DNA of 64,000 nucleotides, taken from the NCBI RefSeq assembly GCF_009914755.1, contig NC_060937.1. One strand, given 5' to 3'. Source of the DNA: the human T2T-CHM13v2.0 reference genome, Homo sapiens. Below are positions 14,985-28,780 of the stretch, piece by piece. Under the pieces are notes generated by a model. The model saw only the letters and a list, made by a program, of their open reading frames with translations. It did not search any database and was not told the DNA's origin. The position numbers were made by a program, and so were the translations under genes. Position 1 is the stretch's first letter; each line of letters opens with the position of its first letter.

Positions 14985-17769
14985 TGTAAATGGGATTGCA
15001 TTCTTGACTTAGCTCTCACCTTTAACATTATTGGTGTACAGAAATGCTGCTGATTTTTGTACACTGAATTTTTTATTCTGAATACTTGCTAAAATTGTTT
15101 ATCAATTCTAGGAGACTTTTAGTGGAGCCTTTAGGGTTTTCTAAGTTTAGAATCATATCGTAAGTGAAGTGAGATAGTTTAACTCTTTCTTTTCATATTT
15201 ATATGTATTTACATGCCTTTCCAAGCCCCAGCACAGTCAAATATTCTGGTAAATTTGCAGAACAACCCAGCGATCCACAATTTAAACAAACCACTCAAGC
15301 AATTTAAATGCAGACGGTGTGAACGAGGCTTAGAAAAACTGTTTTAAACCTACCAATTCAATAATATATGTATTAGAAAATAAAATCATCATCAAGGAAA
15401 ACAAAAATAGAAAGCCACAGAAAGGAACATTGAAGGGCCAATCCAAGTACTAAGAGGAGACTAAATGATCAGACTGGCTTGGGTATTTAATCCATATTAC
15501 ACTTATTTCTCTTGTTATGATAAATGCAGCAGCCTTTTAGAAACCGATACTGTTGGATATTCAAATAATACAACTTACTTTAGTTTGATTACATGCTCAC
15601 CAGCCATCCTTCAGATCATTTAGCCTTACATGTCATGGGCTATGGGGAGAGAGAGGGCACAAATTCAGAAAATTACTCTCTACCTAACAACCATAGTTCA
15701 CACAGTAAATTAAACCATAACACTGGTTTTAAATTCATTTTTATGAGCTTCGTTAGTTTTGGATAGTATGCCTGAACCCAATTAACTCTGAGATATTGCA
15801 AGTTTGTGTTTCTGAACCTATACGTGGACTTTGGTGAATTCAATGAATTAAATACTAGCTTTTGAGGCTTCTTGTTATTAAACCAGTTGGGCTGAACTAA
15901 TGACACCCTCACTCTCTAATCTTTTCTTCCCTACATAGCTTAGAACAGGTAAAAATATGCTTCACTAGGAAAATCAAGCAAGGTCAGAAAGGGATGGCAT
16001 ATTGACATGCTTTTGAAAAACATACAGAATTTGTTTAGAATACTTAGAAGTATAACCAATAAGCATGTAATTATGAAGAAACAATTTGAGCGAAGTTGAG
16101 CAAGGCAGAAAAAGAAAGCTTATTTTGGAAAACTATAAAGTAAGTGAATTTATTTAGAACATTTGGTTCAATGAAGAAGAAGGAAGAAGAAACAATAACA
16201 TTGGGTTTTTGAACTGTGGTTAGTTTATGCTGTCCTTCAAATGCAACAGTAAGAAACTTAATTTTATTTTCTATAGATAGCGTCCAGTACTATACATATT
16301 AATAGTAGAGAGATGACCAAAGTAGCTAAATACATTTTCTAAACAATTTTATTTGATGAAATAATATTGGAATGGAAATTATTTTTAAAGTTTATAGGAC
16401 AGATTATGAGATAAGAAAATGAATTCATACTATACATAATTTAAATATTATTTATAGTTATATGCAGTATGCATTCATTATGTATTTATATCATCTATTT
16501 GGCATTACACAAATAGAGTAATAGTGGATAACAGTCATTTTGAACCTCTGCTGCTCTATTAGATCGGCTGAATGTTACCTAATCACATGCTCTAGCTCTT
16601 AGTCTAACCTATGAGCATTTGCTTTGCCTTAACTATAGATTATATGCTTTTCTATCTTCAAAATCTCAACAAGGATCTGTCAAGGGTGATGATTAAATTA
16701 ATTATCTGTTTGTTTCGGTGAATATATCTACCCCAATTCCTCTGTTTGATACCTGTTCAAAATTACTCTTTGCTTATAAATATAGGAATCCCTTTTCCCA
16801 AAAAGTATATGCCACATTTTGGTAACTGAAAATTGTACTTGCAATTAATTAGAACATCATTGCCATGGCACAGTAATTTCATCAGTTGACCACTAGTAAT
16901 TGTATGCCTTCTTTTAGAGATTGTAAGCAGACTTTTGCTTTATATTTGAATTATAGTGGAATTGATTACTATGATATTTTGAGTCCATGCATTAACCATT
17001 TTCCTATTAAGAAATAAGAGGACTGATATTAGGCTCTTTATTCTTTCTCCCAGATGACTTTGAAAATTAAACTCATAAATAAAATGAGGGGAAAAAATAT
17101 CGTCTTTTCTACAAAATCCCCAAACAACTGATGTAGAATATTTGATTGAACTTTCCGCTTACGGTAATGGAGTGATTAATAAAACCATTCCTCATTACTA
17201 AAACATGCCAATCCTTTAATACATTTAACTTTTCCATAATATCATTCTCTGTTTGACTCAACTGACCTTGTAGCAAATACCCTCTGCATGTCTTTTTCCG
17301 AATACCAATTATAAATTTAGTAATGTTATTGCAATCATTGCTCATTTTTGAATGGTAAAAAAAGATTTCTTATTAATAGCACATAGATGCTGAGATAAAT
17401 ATCATTCATAAACTCCTCTGTAAAGCTTTAGATATAATTGTATTTTTGTAACAGGTCTGTGAATTGTTTTCTCACTGACATTAAATTCTTAATACTGCTA
17501 TACTTGTAGAGCATGCAATGACAAAAAGATGTCCTTAGTCATCAGTGGAGTATGCTGCTTTTGGAGAAACAAGATCATAACTGATATCAATATTATTGGA
17601 ATTTTTGTTTTTTTTAATTCTACTCATAATTCTTTTCTAATATTTCAACAGATTAGCATCACAGTTGTCTAAATAAACATTTATATTTGGCTTTTATTTC
17701 CATCAAATCTTGTTATTTTTCAATAGAAAAGGATTAGAAGAAACAGGACATATTGATTTAATCTATTGC

Positions 17770-17860
17770 TTCAAATATATAAAATTTTATATATTTGAAT
17801 ATATATTGAATATATATTTAATATATATATTATATATATTACATAATATTTAATAAAAAA
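17770..17860. repeat. 30-bp perfect AT-rich palindrome followed by a (TA)-rich tract
   Basis: ttcaaatatataaaattttatatatttgaa (17770-17799) is its own reverse complement. Confidence 0.9.
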
Positions 17861-19334
17861 TATTAAAATTGCATATTTCATTATACTAGTGAAGTATGCA
17901 CATACATATGCATTATGCATTCTATATACTATTACAATTACCTACAACAGAATAGATAACTTTTTTAAGTTGAATATATTTCCAGTGGGTCTTCATCTTT
18001 CAACTATCTAGTTAACAATGCTTTTAATACGGTTTGGATATTACATGTCAAGGAACTAGAAAAAGAACAAACTAAGTTGATTCATCATTCTTCTAACTTG
18101 GAAGCCTTACGCTCTTTTTTAGGGAATAAAATTTTCTCTTATATTTATTCCTTCTTGTTTAGATGTATTTTTCCACAAAAAACTGAATAATTTCTGAATT
18201 ACATCTTTTGGTAATAGCACAGCTTATGTGGACTCAGAATAACATTTCTCCAGTGAAACACACCCTTCGTATGTTCTATCATGTAGAAAAATTAAAAAAA
18301 AAAACTCTGTGAGTATGCTTATCAAGTGTTAAGTAACTTTCAGTATGGTTTAATTTGAGCATATTGACAAAGTTAAAAGAATACATCTTTTAAAAATATT
18401 ATACATATTTATATGTACAATTCTATGTATATATAAATTTCTACTTTCATGGCCTCTTATACATTCAATTTCTGCCTATCCATCCATTTTCTATGTGACT
18501 GTAAGTATGTGGTTCATAAGTATCTTTCAGATTTTGTCCTATCATAGCAAAGCTTGTCTTTTCTTACAAAAGAGACACAAAAATCAAGTTCTGGAAGTAG
18601 TAGTAAGAAGACATCTGACTCCTGCCTGTTTGCCTTGGGAAAAGGAAATTCTCTCAGATGTCTGTCCTCTCCTTAAAGCCATCCAGGGGAGGAGTCTTCT
18701 GTCAGTAACCTGTTTCGGACAAAAAGTTCCCCACATTAAAAAGAGCAAGTTCTCTATTTCCATTTAGATTCTTTAAGGATCTAGCCATTAAAAATTTACT
18801 TTGGATGAATTTATAGGATTATGATAACATTAATTTCTATTAACAGTTCTGCTACCTTTTTATTCTCATTTTCTGATTTGAAACTTGGAAGACTACAGTC
18901 TAATTCTGTTTCTTCAGTGTACAAAATGTTTATTTAGGACCAGATAATAATAATATATATTTGTTATTATATATTCTAATAATTTATATAAAAACATATT
19001 AATGAATTAGTAAACATATCAACTAGATAGTAAATTTGATAATTATTCAAAGTGCAGTTTACTTCCTTTTTATTATTATACTGAGTAAGTTATGTTTCCT
19101 TGTCTTTGTGCTTTCCCAAATAAACTATTATAAATATTTCATTTGCATTATTTATAAGATTATTAATATATATTCTTTAAACCCTTCGTGAACCAAGAAA
19201 GCATTGTTATGTGTGTATTTGGCTTAAGAAAATAACCTTCTAAAATAATTGTTGGTATATATAAAATAATTATATATGTAATATATAAATAATTATGTAT
19301 ATGTATGTGTAATTGCTGGCTTAGAAGATATTTA

Positions 19335-19713
<379 letters not shown>

Positions 19714-21181
19714 CTAGGTGACAATGTGTCAAGGTAGACATAATTGAACCCTAGGGAATACTTTGGATTAGATAACCTTCGTACATTTTTGATACATATG
19801 TTTTAGGTTGTAGAACGCCAAAATATAACGTAATTTCTACATGCTTATGGTAGTTCATCACAAAAATAAATAGTAAACATTGTGACTGTTATTAGTCTCC
19901 ATTACATTTTATAACACCCTACAAATCAATACAAGGCTTTACCTCATTATTGATATAAATATAGAACTTAAAAATCAAATATAAACTACCTTTTCTGATT
20001 TAATTTTATAAAATTAATTACAACTAAGGTGTAATACATTCAACATAAGCTAGAGTGTTCAGTTTCTCAGAGGTTGTTTCAACAGCAATCTCTGTATACT
20101 CCTGATTATAATTTATGTTTTATTCCAATTTTATATCTATATTTAGATATGGTTTCTGGCCAAAGATGGAGTTAAATATGCCAGAAAGAAATGGTGACTC
20201 ATTTTTCCTGTTTCCTTATTTGTTTATTCACTATATATCCATGCTATATAAGTAAAATAGTGAGAGATTATAAAAGTTTGTATTTATTTCTATTGTAAAT
20301 ATATATTTATACTAATACTGACATTTTATAACTGTCTTGAAGTTATAGTTTTAAGGAGTTTTTTTTTACACTTTTCCTGAATTAACTCTTCTTTTAAAAT
20401 CTATTCAACAGATACTTGTTAAATAGCTATTATGCAAAACTCTGTGATGTGTTTTCTGAGTGAAAGAAAATTAGAATCCTTGGGCAATAAAGAAAATAAT
20501 AAGTTTTAAACCATACAGAATAAAAATAGAATCTTATTCATTTTTAATTCTAAAAAATCCTCAAGAACATAAAAAGTATTGATTTATTTTTACTTAAATG
20601 AGGATTTGATTAAAATTGTACTTAAGCATGGAATTTGTGTTTTATATCAGACAAAAACAACAGAGCTGTAGAAAGGGGAAAACGTATAGAATCATCAAAT
20701 GAGAGTGGGTAGGTTGTTCTTGAAGATGAATTTGCTTGGTAGCGAAGGCATAGAAAGTTCTAGAAAAAAATGATATATTGAAAGCTACATTAGTGTTTTT
20801 GAGTTTTTACATAGATAAATACTCTCAAATAGTTTTCACATGGTAGCAAAGTTTGGTCTTCTAAGAAAAGAATCTCAAGAAAAGGAAATATTTTCTTCAG
20901 TGGTAAAGATTTATTGACATATCTCATTTTCTTTCACAGAAAGAGGCATATACATTTTTCTTTGCAATTTATGATATATGCCTTTTGTTTGCAAACCAAA
21001 ATGCATTTAAAGCATGTATAGAAATGCAATTATGAGGTTGCCAAAATTTTTCATAATATATTCATTTTCTCTATAACAGATGGACCTTACATGGTATCTT
21101 AAAACAGGCAATGGAAAGAAATTAAAAAGATGTTGGCTTTTCATAAATTTGTAACTTCTTTATTTCCCCTGTTTTGTGTTT

Positions 21182-21462
21182 GGTGGGTAATTAATGCATA
21201 ATGGCAGAACCCTCATAAATGAGATTAGTGCCCTTATAAAAAAAAAAAAAAAAACAAGAGAACTGCCTTGTCCTTTCCACTGTGCATGGACTCAGTAATA
21301 AGATGCCATCTATGAATTGGGAAACAGGCTCTCACCAGATATGGAACTGCTGCCACCTTAAATCTTGGATTTCCCAGCATCTGAATGGTGAGAAATAAAT
21401 TTCTGTTTATAAGCCACCAAGTCTATGACATTTTCTTACGGCAGTCTGAACAGACTAAGACA
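21182..21462 (+). mobile_element. MaLR LTR 3' part (MSTD/MLT1A-like)
   Basis: gattagtgcccttataa...gagaaataaatttctgtttataagccacc...cagactaagaca. Confidence 0.8.
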
Positions 21463-22299
21463 AAACACTAATACTAATAGCTTCACACAGTGCCAATTTC
21501 TTAGTATTAGTCACCAAAGAAATACATCTCTAAGGAATTAATCAGAATACATTTCTGGATTTGGGAAGAATTAGGAGATGGTAGTATTTTATTTTCTAGG
21601 AAACAACAATACAAGGCCTGGAATGCTTTATTTTATTTTATTTTTCCTTCAGTTATATAAAATTAGAAAATGAATGAAAAATTTATATATTCTTAGATAA
21701 GCCCTCTTTCTATCCCTTATGATATTTCTTCATATAGTAGACAGTACTTTTTAATTGTTGACCTCTTTTAGTTTATCCATTTGCCTCCTTTCTAAAAAAA
21801 TATTTTCTTTTCATGTGTATTGAATTTTTCCTCTATTTGGCACATTATTCTGAACTTCAGCATATTAAAAGTTTATTTTAAAATTATAATCTATAACTGA
21901 TATGCACCTGTACTTCAACTCAGAAGCTTGAAGAGCGGGATACATACAGAAAGTGTCAGAATTTTCTACAATTAGTGTAAGAACCAGGTTAAAAGAATTG
22001 CCCACCCTAAAACATTCTTGCTGATCCTTTTACCTTAAAATAGAGAAAACAGTAGGAGAACTTTACATAGGGTTTGTGTGTAATATGTGTAGTTCATATT
22101 TACTAAATCACTTAACACACAATTTTTAACTCACAAATTTTATTCTGAATTATGCATTTAATTGTTGTCAGCTGGTGTTGTTATTTTTGTTTAGTTATTG
22201 AAATCCTCAAGTTAAAAAACTAATTCAGGTTTATTAAATAGAGGAATTTGAAGAGATAAATTCCAGGTAAAAATGTCAGCTATGGAAATGGTTCCCATA

Positions 22300-22990
22300 G
22301 TAATCAGCACCCCTTCATAAGGACCCCTTAACAGGGTAATCGATCTAAGTCCCTCCTTTCCAGTCATATTTCTTAAATAGTCATCTACATTTTCTCCTTT
22401 CAGCTTATCTGTTTATTACTGTCTACTTCATACCGCATTCTGATTAAAAGGGTCAGTGGACCTTAATTGTCAGCCACAATTACACTTCTACTGGCCTCAT
22501 TCTATTATAACTTTCCAGAGCATTTGCATCACTCCTCAAACCTTGGGACCATCTTCTGCAACAGCTGGGGCTTCTGTGAACTCTACATAGAATTTACTCT
22601 TAAACAGTAAATCCTACATAGAATTTACTCTTAAACAGTAAATCCTACATAGAATTTACTCTTCTGTTTTTTCTTATATTCACCTGAATGCTCATTTTCC
22701 ATATCTTTAGTTTTCTAGTTTTTCTCAACTTATCCTCTTAAGACGTCAAATTTTCTAAAGTTCAAATCTTGTCTTTTCAGATTTCATACTCTACCTGTTT
22801 TTGACCTGATAAATTTGTTGGGCCTCACAGCTTTAAATTCTATGTATAAATCCATGATTCTCAAATATATAACTTGACCTCATTTATCTCCTGACTTATA
22901 TTTTTAACTTACAACTAGTTATCTCAAGTAGTGGCCTGTCAGACAACTCAAACCTACCATTTTTAGAATTTGCCTAATTATTACTTCCTT
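22300..22990 (+). mobile_element. L2 LINE fragment
   Basis: Pyrimidine-rich with L2 motifs (gctttaaattctatgtataaatccatgattctcaaatatat, caactcaaacct). Confidence 0.5.
22583..22663. repeat. Perfect 31-bp tandem repeat, 2.6 copies
   Basis: Unit ctacatagaatttactcttaaacagtaaatc at 22583, 22614 and 22645 (partial). Confidence 0.95.
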
Positions 22991-23879
22991 CCTCCCTTCC
23001 CTGGTTATTGAACCTTGATTTAAATGTCTCTGAATTGTTGGACTTTATTGAGAGAAACAAAATGACATTCAGAAACATTTTCTAGGTCTCCAAAAATTGG
23101 TTTAGTAATCCATATTTGTCTTATCCTTTTTTGTTCTAACAGTATTAAGTTTGGTGAACATGCATATTCCTCACAGATAAAAACACAGTTAATACTCATC
23201 ATCCTTGTCATAGTATTGAAAAGTGGTAAAATGCAAAAAATACAGAATGGAATATGAATGATTATCTTATTAAATATGTGCTTTAATTTTAGAAAATTTA
23301 TCTCCAAGAATGTCTAATTTTAAAGGATTTTTAAAAATTTTTTGAAGAGACACAGTTTGCTGTCACAGGAATGAGTGGAAAATTAGAAATCAGAAATAGG
23401 ATATAGTCTAATTTGGAAATGTTCAACATTGGCAGATTCATTCTAAGCATGTATGGCTCCTGGATTTGAGGAACACTGAGAATGTCGTTCTGAATAATGA
23501 TTACTTATTATATAGAAAAAAATTTCAGTTGTTTTTTAGTAACCTCAAATTAGTATCTATTCTGTTTTAACTCTGCTATAACAGTAAGGGATTGAATGAG
23601 TCCTAATTTTGGTTGAAATGGAACAAGGAGAGCTGTGTCAGCATGAAAGGATCGTAGGATAACAATGTGGCCAATGGTGACTGAAGAGAATCCTGGAATT
23701 CACATCACCAGTAGAGGTCAAAAATGACACACAATATGTGAAAATGATCGCTGAATACCCTCAGACTTTTTCAAGGGAGTACTGGACTTAACTACAGTCA
23801 AATAGGATGAAATATTGAATGATTTCATTTAAGTGGTAATGAAAATGGTATGAGAAATTCCACCAGTTAAATGCACAGC

Positions 23880-24640
23880 AATCCTGGACCACTACTCATT
23901 CCCACACCACTTTTTCCTATTTAACTGTTCAAGTCCTATAAATTTAAACCTCTCTTTCATTGCTGCAGCCTAGCTGTAGTAGCGTCATTTCTAACTGGAG
24001 TTAAATGCATTATCTAGCTATTCACTTCACTCTGCCTTCATTCTGTCTCCTCTTTAGTATATTCTTCACATTGCCAGCAAATACAATTGTGATCTTTTAA
24101 ATCTTATACTAACAGTCCTGTTTAGATAAATGTTTCACCCCCACAAAAAGAAAACCCAACACACACACACACACACACCCCTACACCCCACATACACACA
24201 CGAAATCATATACATACACATAAACACATACTCTTTACTTCATCCATATTGGACCACTCATCATCCATGGATATATTATACCCCATTATATCTCTTGGGC
24301 TTTTCACATGTCAATTTCTCTGCCAGGAGTACATTTTGCTCTGATTTCTTCCTCTCTTTTTCTCTATCCTGTAAGGCTAATGGCAAATATCACCTTTGTT
24401 TTGAATACTCTCCACGTTTCTGTGGAATATTTAACAATACATTTTTAGATGATCCTGGAATACTGTATTATACCCTCATGTTATTATACCCATGCTGATT
24501 TCATTATACCTGGCTTTTCTTTTACATTTAGGCTTTTCAAAAGGCAGAAACCATGTTTTACTCATGGCTTTTCCTTCATAGTTAAGCAGATAGTAGATTC
24601 CCAGTAAATATATTGGAAACATAAATGAATTATTAAATGA
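23880..24640 (+). mobile_element. L2 LINE 3' fragment with a CA-rich insert
   Basis: ggcagaaaccatgttttactcat...cagtaaatatattggaaacataaatgaat resembles the L2 3' end. Confidence 0.5.
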
Positions 24641-25502
24641 AAAATTCTATGGAGAAAATAATATATTTTTGTATAATTTCATAGACAGAAAGCCTTTTAT
24701 TTTCTTCTCTTGTAAAAGGTGACATTAAATGTGTGTCCTCATTTTATACACTACAGAGGATTTCCCTACATGAGATTATACTTGCCTGAGTTCCCACATA
24801 CGAATAAAAGAATAAGCTGCTTGAATTTAAAATAACAAGATAATTAGCGTTTCATTTGCCCAGAGAGGAAATAAAGGTCCCAGTTCATTCACTGCAACAC
24901 TGCTTTGGCATTCTCCTTGTCTCAGGAGTTAATAACTGAAGGGAGCAGATTATTAAACAAAGTGCTCTCTACCCAGTTTCTTCAATTCTACAGCACTTAT
25001 TTCCACATTAATTCTAAAATATGGTTTCCCTCTCAAAAATCCAATGAAATTTCTGTCTAGATAAATCGTGAATAAGTCAGAATTCTTAACTGGAAAAGAC
25101 GGAGCACACATCAGCTCTTTCAAATAAATTTTTAAAGTATATATGGTAGGTCAAAGAATATCTAGCAGAGACAGTAAGTTGAGATTTGAGGCTATAGAGG
25201 TTCTACAGCCCCTAAATACCCAAACCTCATCTGAAGACTGTTCTGCAAGGGATCACACTGTTCTGAAACTGGGCATAGATGCTCTGCCTCTCAATACTGG
25301 GGCTGGGCTTGACACCATAGTCTTCACTACGTCTGCTTCTGAAGGCCAAAGCCTGTTTCCTCTTCCAACCTTATCAGAAAATAGACTCTGAACACTACTT
25401 GACTCTTCACCTTGTCTGCCTTCAAATTGAGGTGTTAATGAACTTGATCTGCTTGCTGAAGCCAACATCATGTGCCTGATCCCTAGCTCCAAGCAAGGCT
25501 AT

Positions 25503-26003
25503 ATATACCAATTTCCTATAGCTGCTGGAAAATTTTACCACAAACTTCGTGGCTTAAAATAACACAAATTTATTATCTTACAATTCTGGATGTGGGGAGT
25601 CTAAAAGGGTCTTATTGGACTAAAATCAAGGGATCTTTAGGGCTCCATTTCTTTCTTGAAGTTCTAGGGGAGAATCCGTGTTCCTGTCTTTTCTAGCTTC
25701 CAGAAGCCATGTACATTTCTTGGCTTGTGACCCTCTTGGCTTGTGGCCCAGCAAGTTTGGCCAAGTTCTTCTTATATTGCCATCCTTCCAGTCCTTTTTC
25801 CAATCCTCTTGCCTAGTTTTAAGGACCCTTGTGATTATAATGGGTCCAATTGGATAATTGAGGTTAATATCCCTATTTTAAAGTCAATTAGCAACTTAAA
25901 CTCCATGTGCATTTTAATTTCTCATTATACAATTCAACATATTCACAAGCTTTAAGAATTAGGGCATAAACATCTTTGGACAGCTATTATTTTGCTTACC
26001 ATA
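25503..26003 (-). mobile_element. MLT1C-like MaLR LTR
   Basis: ttaccacaaacttcgtggcttaaaataacacaaatttattatcttaca...aaggacccttgtgatta...ttttgcttaccata. Confidence 0.85.
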
Positions 26004-26107
26004 ATTCACACACTACACTGGCCTGCCCAAAAATCCATGTTCTTCCCACATACCAAATAAATAAGCTTGACTGCAATGTCTGCAAAAGTCCCAACCTACT
26101 GCAATAT

Positions 26108-26866
26108 TGAGAGACAGGACTAGCTGGATTTCCTAGACCAACTAAGAATTCCTAAGCCTAGCTGGAGAAGGTGACCACACTCACCTTTAAACCTGGGGCA
26201 TGTAACTCAGCTCACACCTGACCAATCAGGTGGTAAAGAGAGCTCACTAAAATACCAATTAGGCTAAAATCAGGAGGTAAAGAAATAGTCAAATCATCTA
26301 TCACCTGAGAGCACTGGGGGAGGGACAATGATCGGGATATAAACCCAGGCATTTCGAGCTGGCATTGGCAACCCCCTTTGAGTCCCCTCCCGTTGTATGG
26401 GAGCTCTGTTTTCACTCTATTAAATCTTGCAACTACACACTCTTCTGGTCCGTGTTTGTTCCAGCTGGAGCTGAGCTTTCGCTCACTGTCCACCACTGCT
26501 GATCGCCACCATCGCAGACTCACGGCAGACTTCCACCCCTAGGGATCGGGGCAGGGTGTCTGCTGTGCTTCTGATCAAGCAAGGCACCCATTGCTGCTCC
26601 TGATTGGGCTAGAGGCTCGCCATTGTCCTTGCGCGGCTAGTGTCAGGGTTCGTCCTAATCAAGCTGAACACTAGTCACTGGGTTCCACAGTTCTCTTCTG
26701 TGACCCACGGCTTCTAATAGAGCTATAACACTCACCACATGGCCCAAGTTTCCATTCCTTGGAATCCGTGAGGCCAAGAACCCCAGGTCAGAGAACAAAA
26801 GGCTTGCTGCTATCTTGGGAGCAGCCCGCCATATCTTGGGAGCTCTAAGAACAAAGACCGGTCACA
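26108..26866 (+). mobile_element. LTR17, solo HERV-W LTR
   Basis: Starts tgagagacaggactagctggatttcctag, ends ggtcaca; 759 bp; 4-bp TSD atat/gtat with one mismatch. Confidence 0.95.
26221..26424 (+). promoter_or_regulatory. LTR17 core promoter and poly(A) motifs
   Basis: CCAAT at 26222, gggatataaaccc TATA box near 26335-26346, ATTAAA at 26419-26424; activity unknown. Confidence 0.6.
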
Positions 26867-28367
26867 GTATCAACTCAAAGTTCAAAATCTTATCAGCTCA
26901 AATCTCAAAAACTACATCATCTTTACAGGGTATAAGTGAGACTCTGGGTATAAACCATAGTGTAGACAATTCTTCTTCATTTGTGAACCTGTGAAACTCA
27001 AGCAACGAGTTACTTGCTACCAAAATGAAATGGTGGGATAAGCATAGAATAACAGTTACAAACATTCTTTTTCAAAATGAGATAAAAGAAAAAGAAAATG
27101 GAGTCGCAAGTCAAGAACAATTTCAAAACCGCACTAAGAAAATTCCATTTGGTTTCAATGTTTGGAAATAATCCCCTATGATTCTTAGATCTATGCTCTG
27201 AGACAATATTCTTTTTCATTAATGATTGCATGTGTTTGCAGATGAGTAATTTTATTCAGCCTGTTTCTTGCATGATAAGTTTGAGGATACTTATCATGTA
27301 AAACAATAAGTTGTTTTTATTTTGTACTCCTATTGCCCTCATTAAAGCAAGCTGGCCACGTCTCTGTTGGTATAATATACTAAGGAATTTTGGGAGTCTC
27401 CCATGTAAGTCCTATCATGTCATGCTAGGTTTTGTTACATTACAGTATATGTGTACACATGGATGGATGTACACATGGATGGATGCATACATGGATGTAT
27501 GTTATTAGATGAGAGGTTCCTTCACAAGCCACTCCTACATACTCTCACTTCTAATTTTTGATTCCATTTAGATGACTGTGATCTATGAGTAGCATATTTA
27601 ATCTTTTCAAAAAACATTTTTTAGCATGACTGCGTACTCTGACCTTTTGATCTTTCTCAGGTAATAACAAGTCCCTACTAGCAGCCACATGCTCAGTATT
27701 TTTTTTCATTATAGTACACTTTCAAGAAAATAAATTGAGTAGTTTTAGCAATTTTTGCAGTCTGAATAAGCTGGGACCTTCCAAATCATATTCCTGATTA
27801 ACTTTTGTTTACAATTGTTTCCTCAATTTATTTCTTTTAGTTTACATTTTTACTATAAATAGCAAAAACAGATTAGTCCATACACTCAACACTTCGGGAA
27901 TCTCCTCGACGAAATACTCAATTTCAACACATAAGTTTTGCTTCCCATGTAACTGCAAGACACAATCCTGCTAAAATTTCTGCCACGATATCATAGGGAT
28001 CTCTTTTTCCTAAACTTCCAATAACATGCTCCTCATTTCTTTCTGAGTCCTCAACATTAGCACCTTTATCCTCCATATTTCTACCAGCAATCTGTTTCTG
28101 ATTATTTAGATACCCTCTATGGTGCTTTAGGCTGTCTTTACCATGCTTTTAACTTCCTCTGAGTGCTCAGTAGCAGAGTCATTAGAATCCATATTTCAAC
28201 TAGTAGTCTATTAAAGACAATCTAAGCTTTTTCTACCATGCTCTTCAAAACATTTTCAGCCTCTGTGCGTGGCCCTATACTGAAGCCACTTCCATATTTT
28301 TAAGGTACTTGTTAGAGCAGCAGCCCACTTTTAGGTAAGTGTATGGGCTTACCTACTTTTAGTTAAA

Positions 28368-28780
28368 TGTGTCAGTTAGAGTTCAACCAGGGGGCAGAAG
28401 CAGGAAATACATACTAAGAGATTTGTTACAAAGAAATGGCTTACATGATTGTGAGGGCTGGCTGGACAAATCCAAAATCTATGAAGCAAGCAGTCAGGAG
28501 GAACAAGTTGAAATTCTAGAACACAGGCTTAAACTGTTGTCCACAGGTAGAATTTCTTTTTTTTTTCTTTCACATAAGATTAAGAGCTGCTCTTAAGGTT
28601 TTATAATGGATTAAATTGGACTATATGAATTATCTAGTATACTCTCTCTCACTTAAAATTAAGATATTATGGAATCTAATCATATCTTTAAAATACCTTC
28701 ATTGTACCAACTATATTAGTATTTGATTGAATAACTGGGGACTGTAGCCTCCCCAAATTGACACATTCAAAAGGCAATAA
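28368..28780 (-). mobile_element. Old ERVL LTR (MLT2-family-like)
   Basis: gagatttgttacaaagaaatggcttacatgattgtg...tttgattgaataactggggactgtagcct...ttgacacat. Confidence 0.7.

Larger units (their letters stand above)
12815..15205 (-). mobile_element. L1PB-type element, 3' ~2 kb, interrupted by THE1
   Basis: gagtacatgtacaggtttgttacatagg 3' end plus continuous reverse ORF2 similarity (ORFs 12955..13260 and 13260..13442). Confidence 0.9.
26004..28340 (-). mobile_element. MLT1 internal sequence, interrupted by LTR17
   Basis: Continuous across the LTR17 insertion (tactgcaatat|gtatcaactcaaagttc); ends gaagccacttccatatttttaaggtacttgttagagcagcagcccact. Confidence 0.7.

Noticed and set aside
17030-17060. 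Strong-looking splice acceptor (ctctttattctttctcccag); similar ones near 21079 and 35792
   Set aside because: No convincing paired donor or coding frame; such motifs are common by chance
22583-22663. CRISPR-like hairpin direct repeats
   Set aside because: The intervening sequences are identical rather than unique spacers, there are no cas genes, and the DNA is primate
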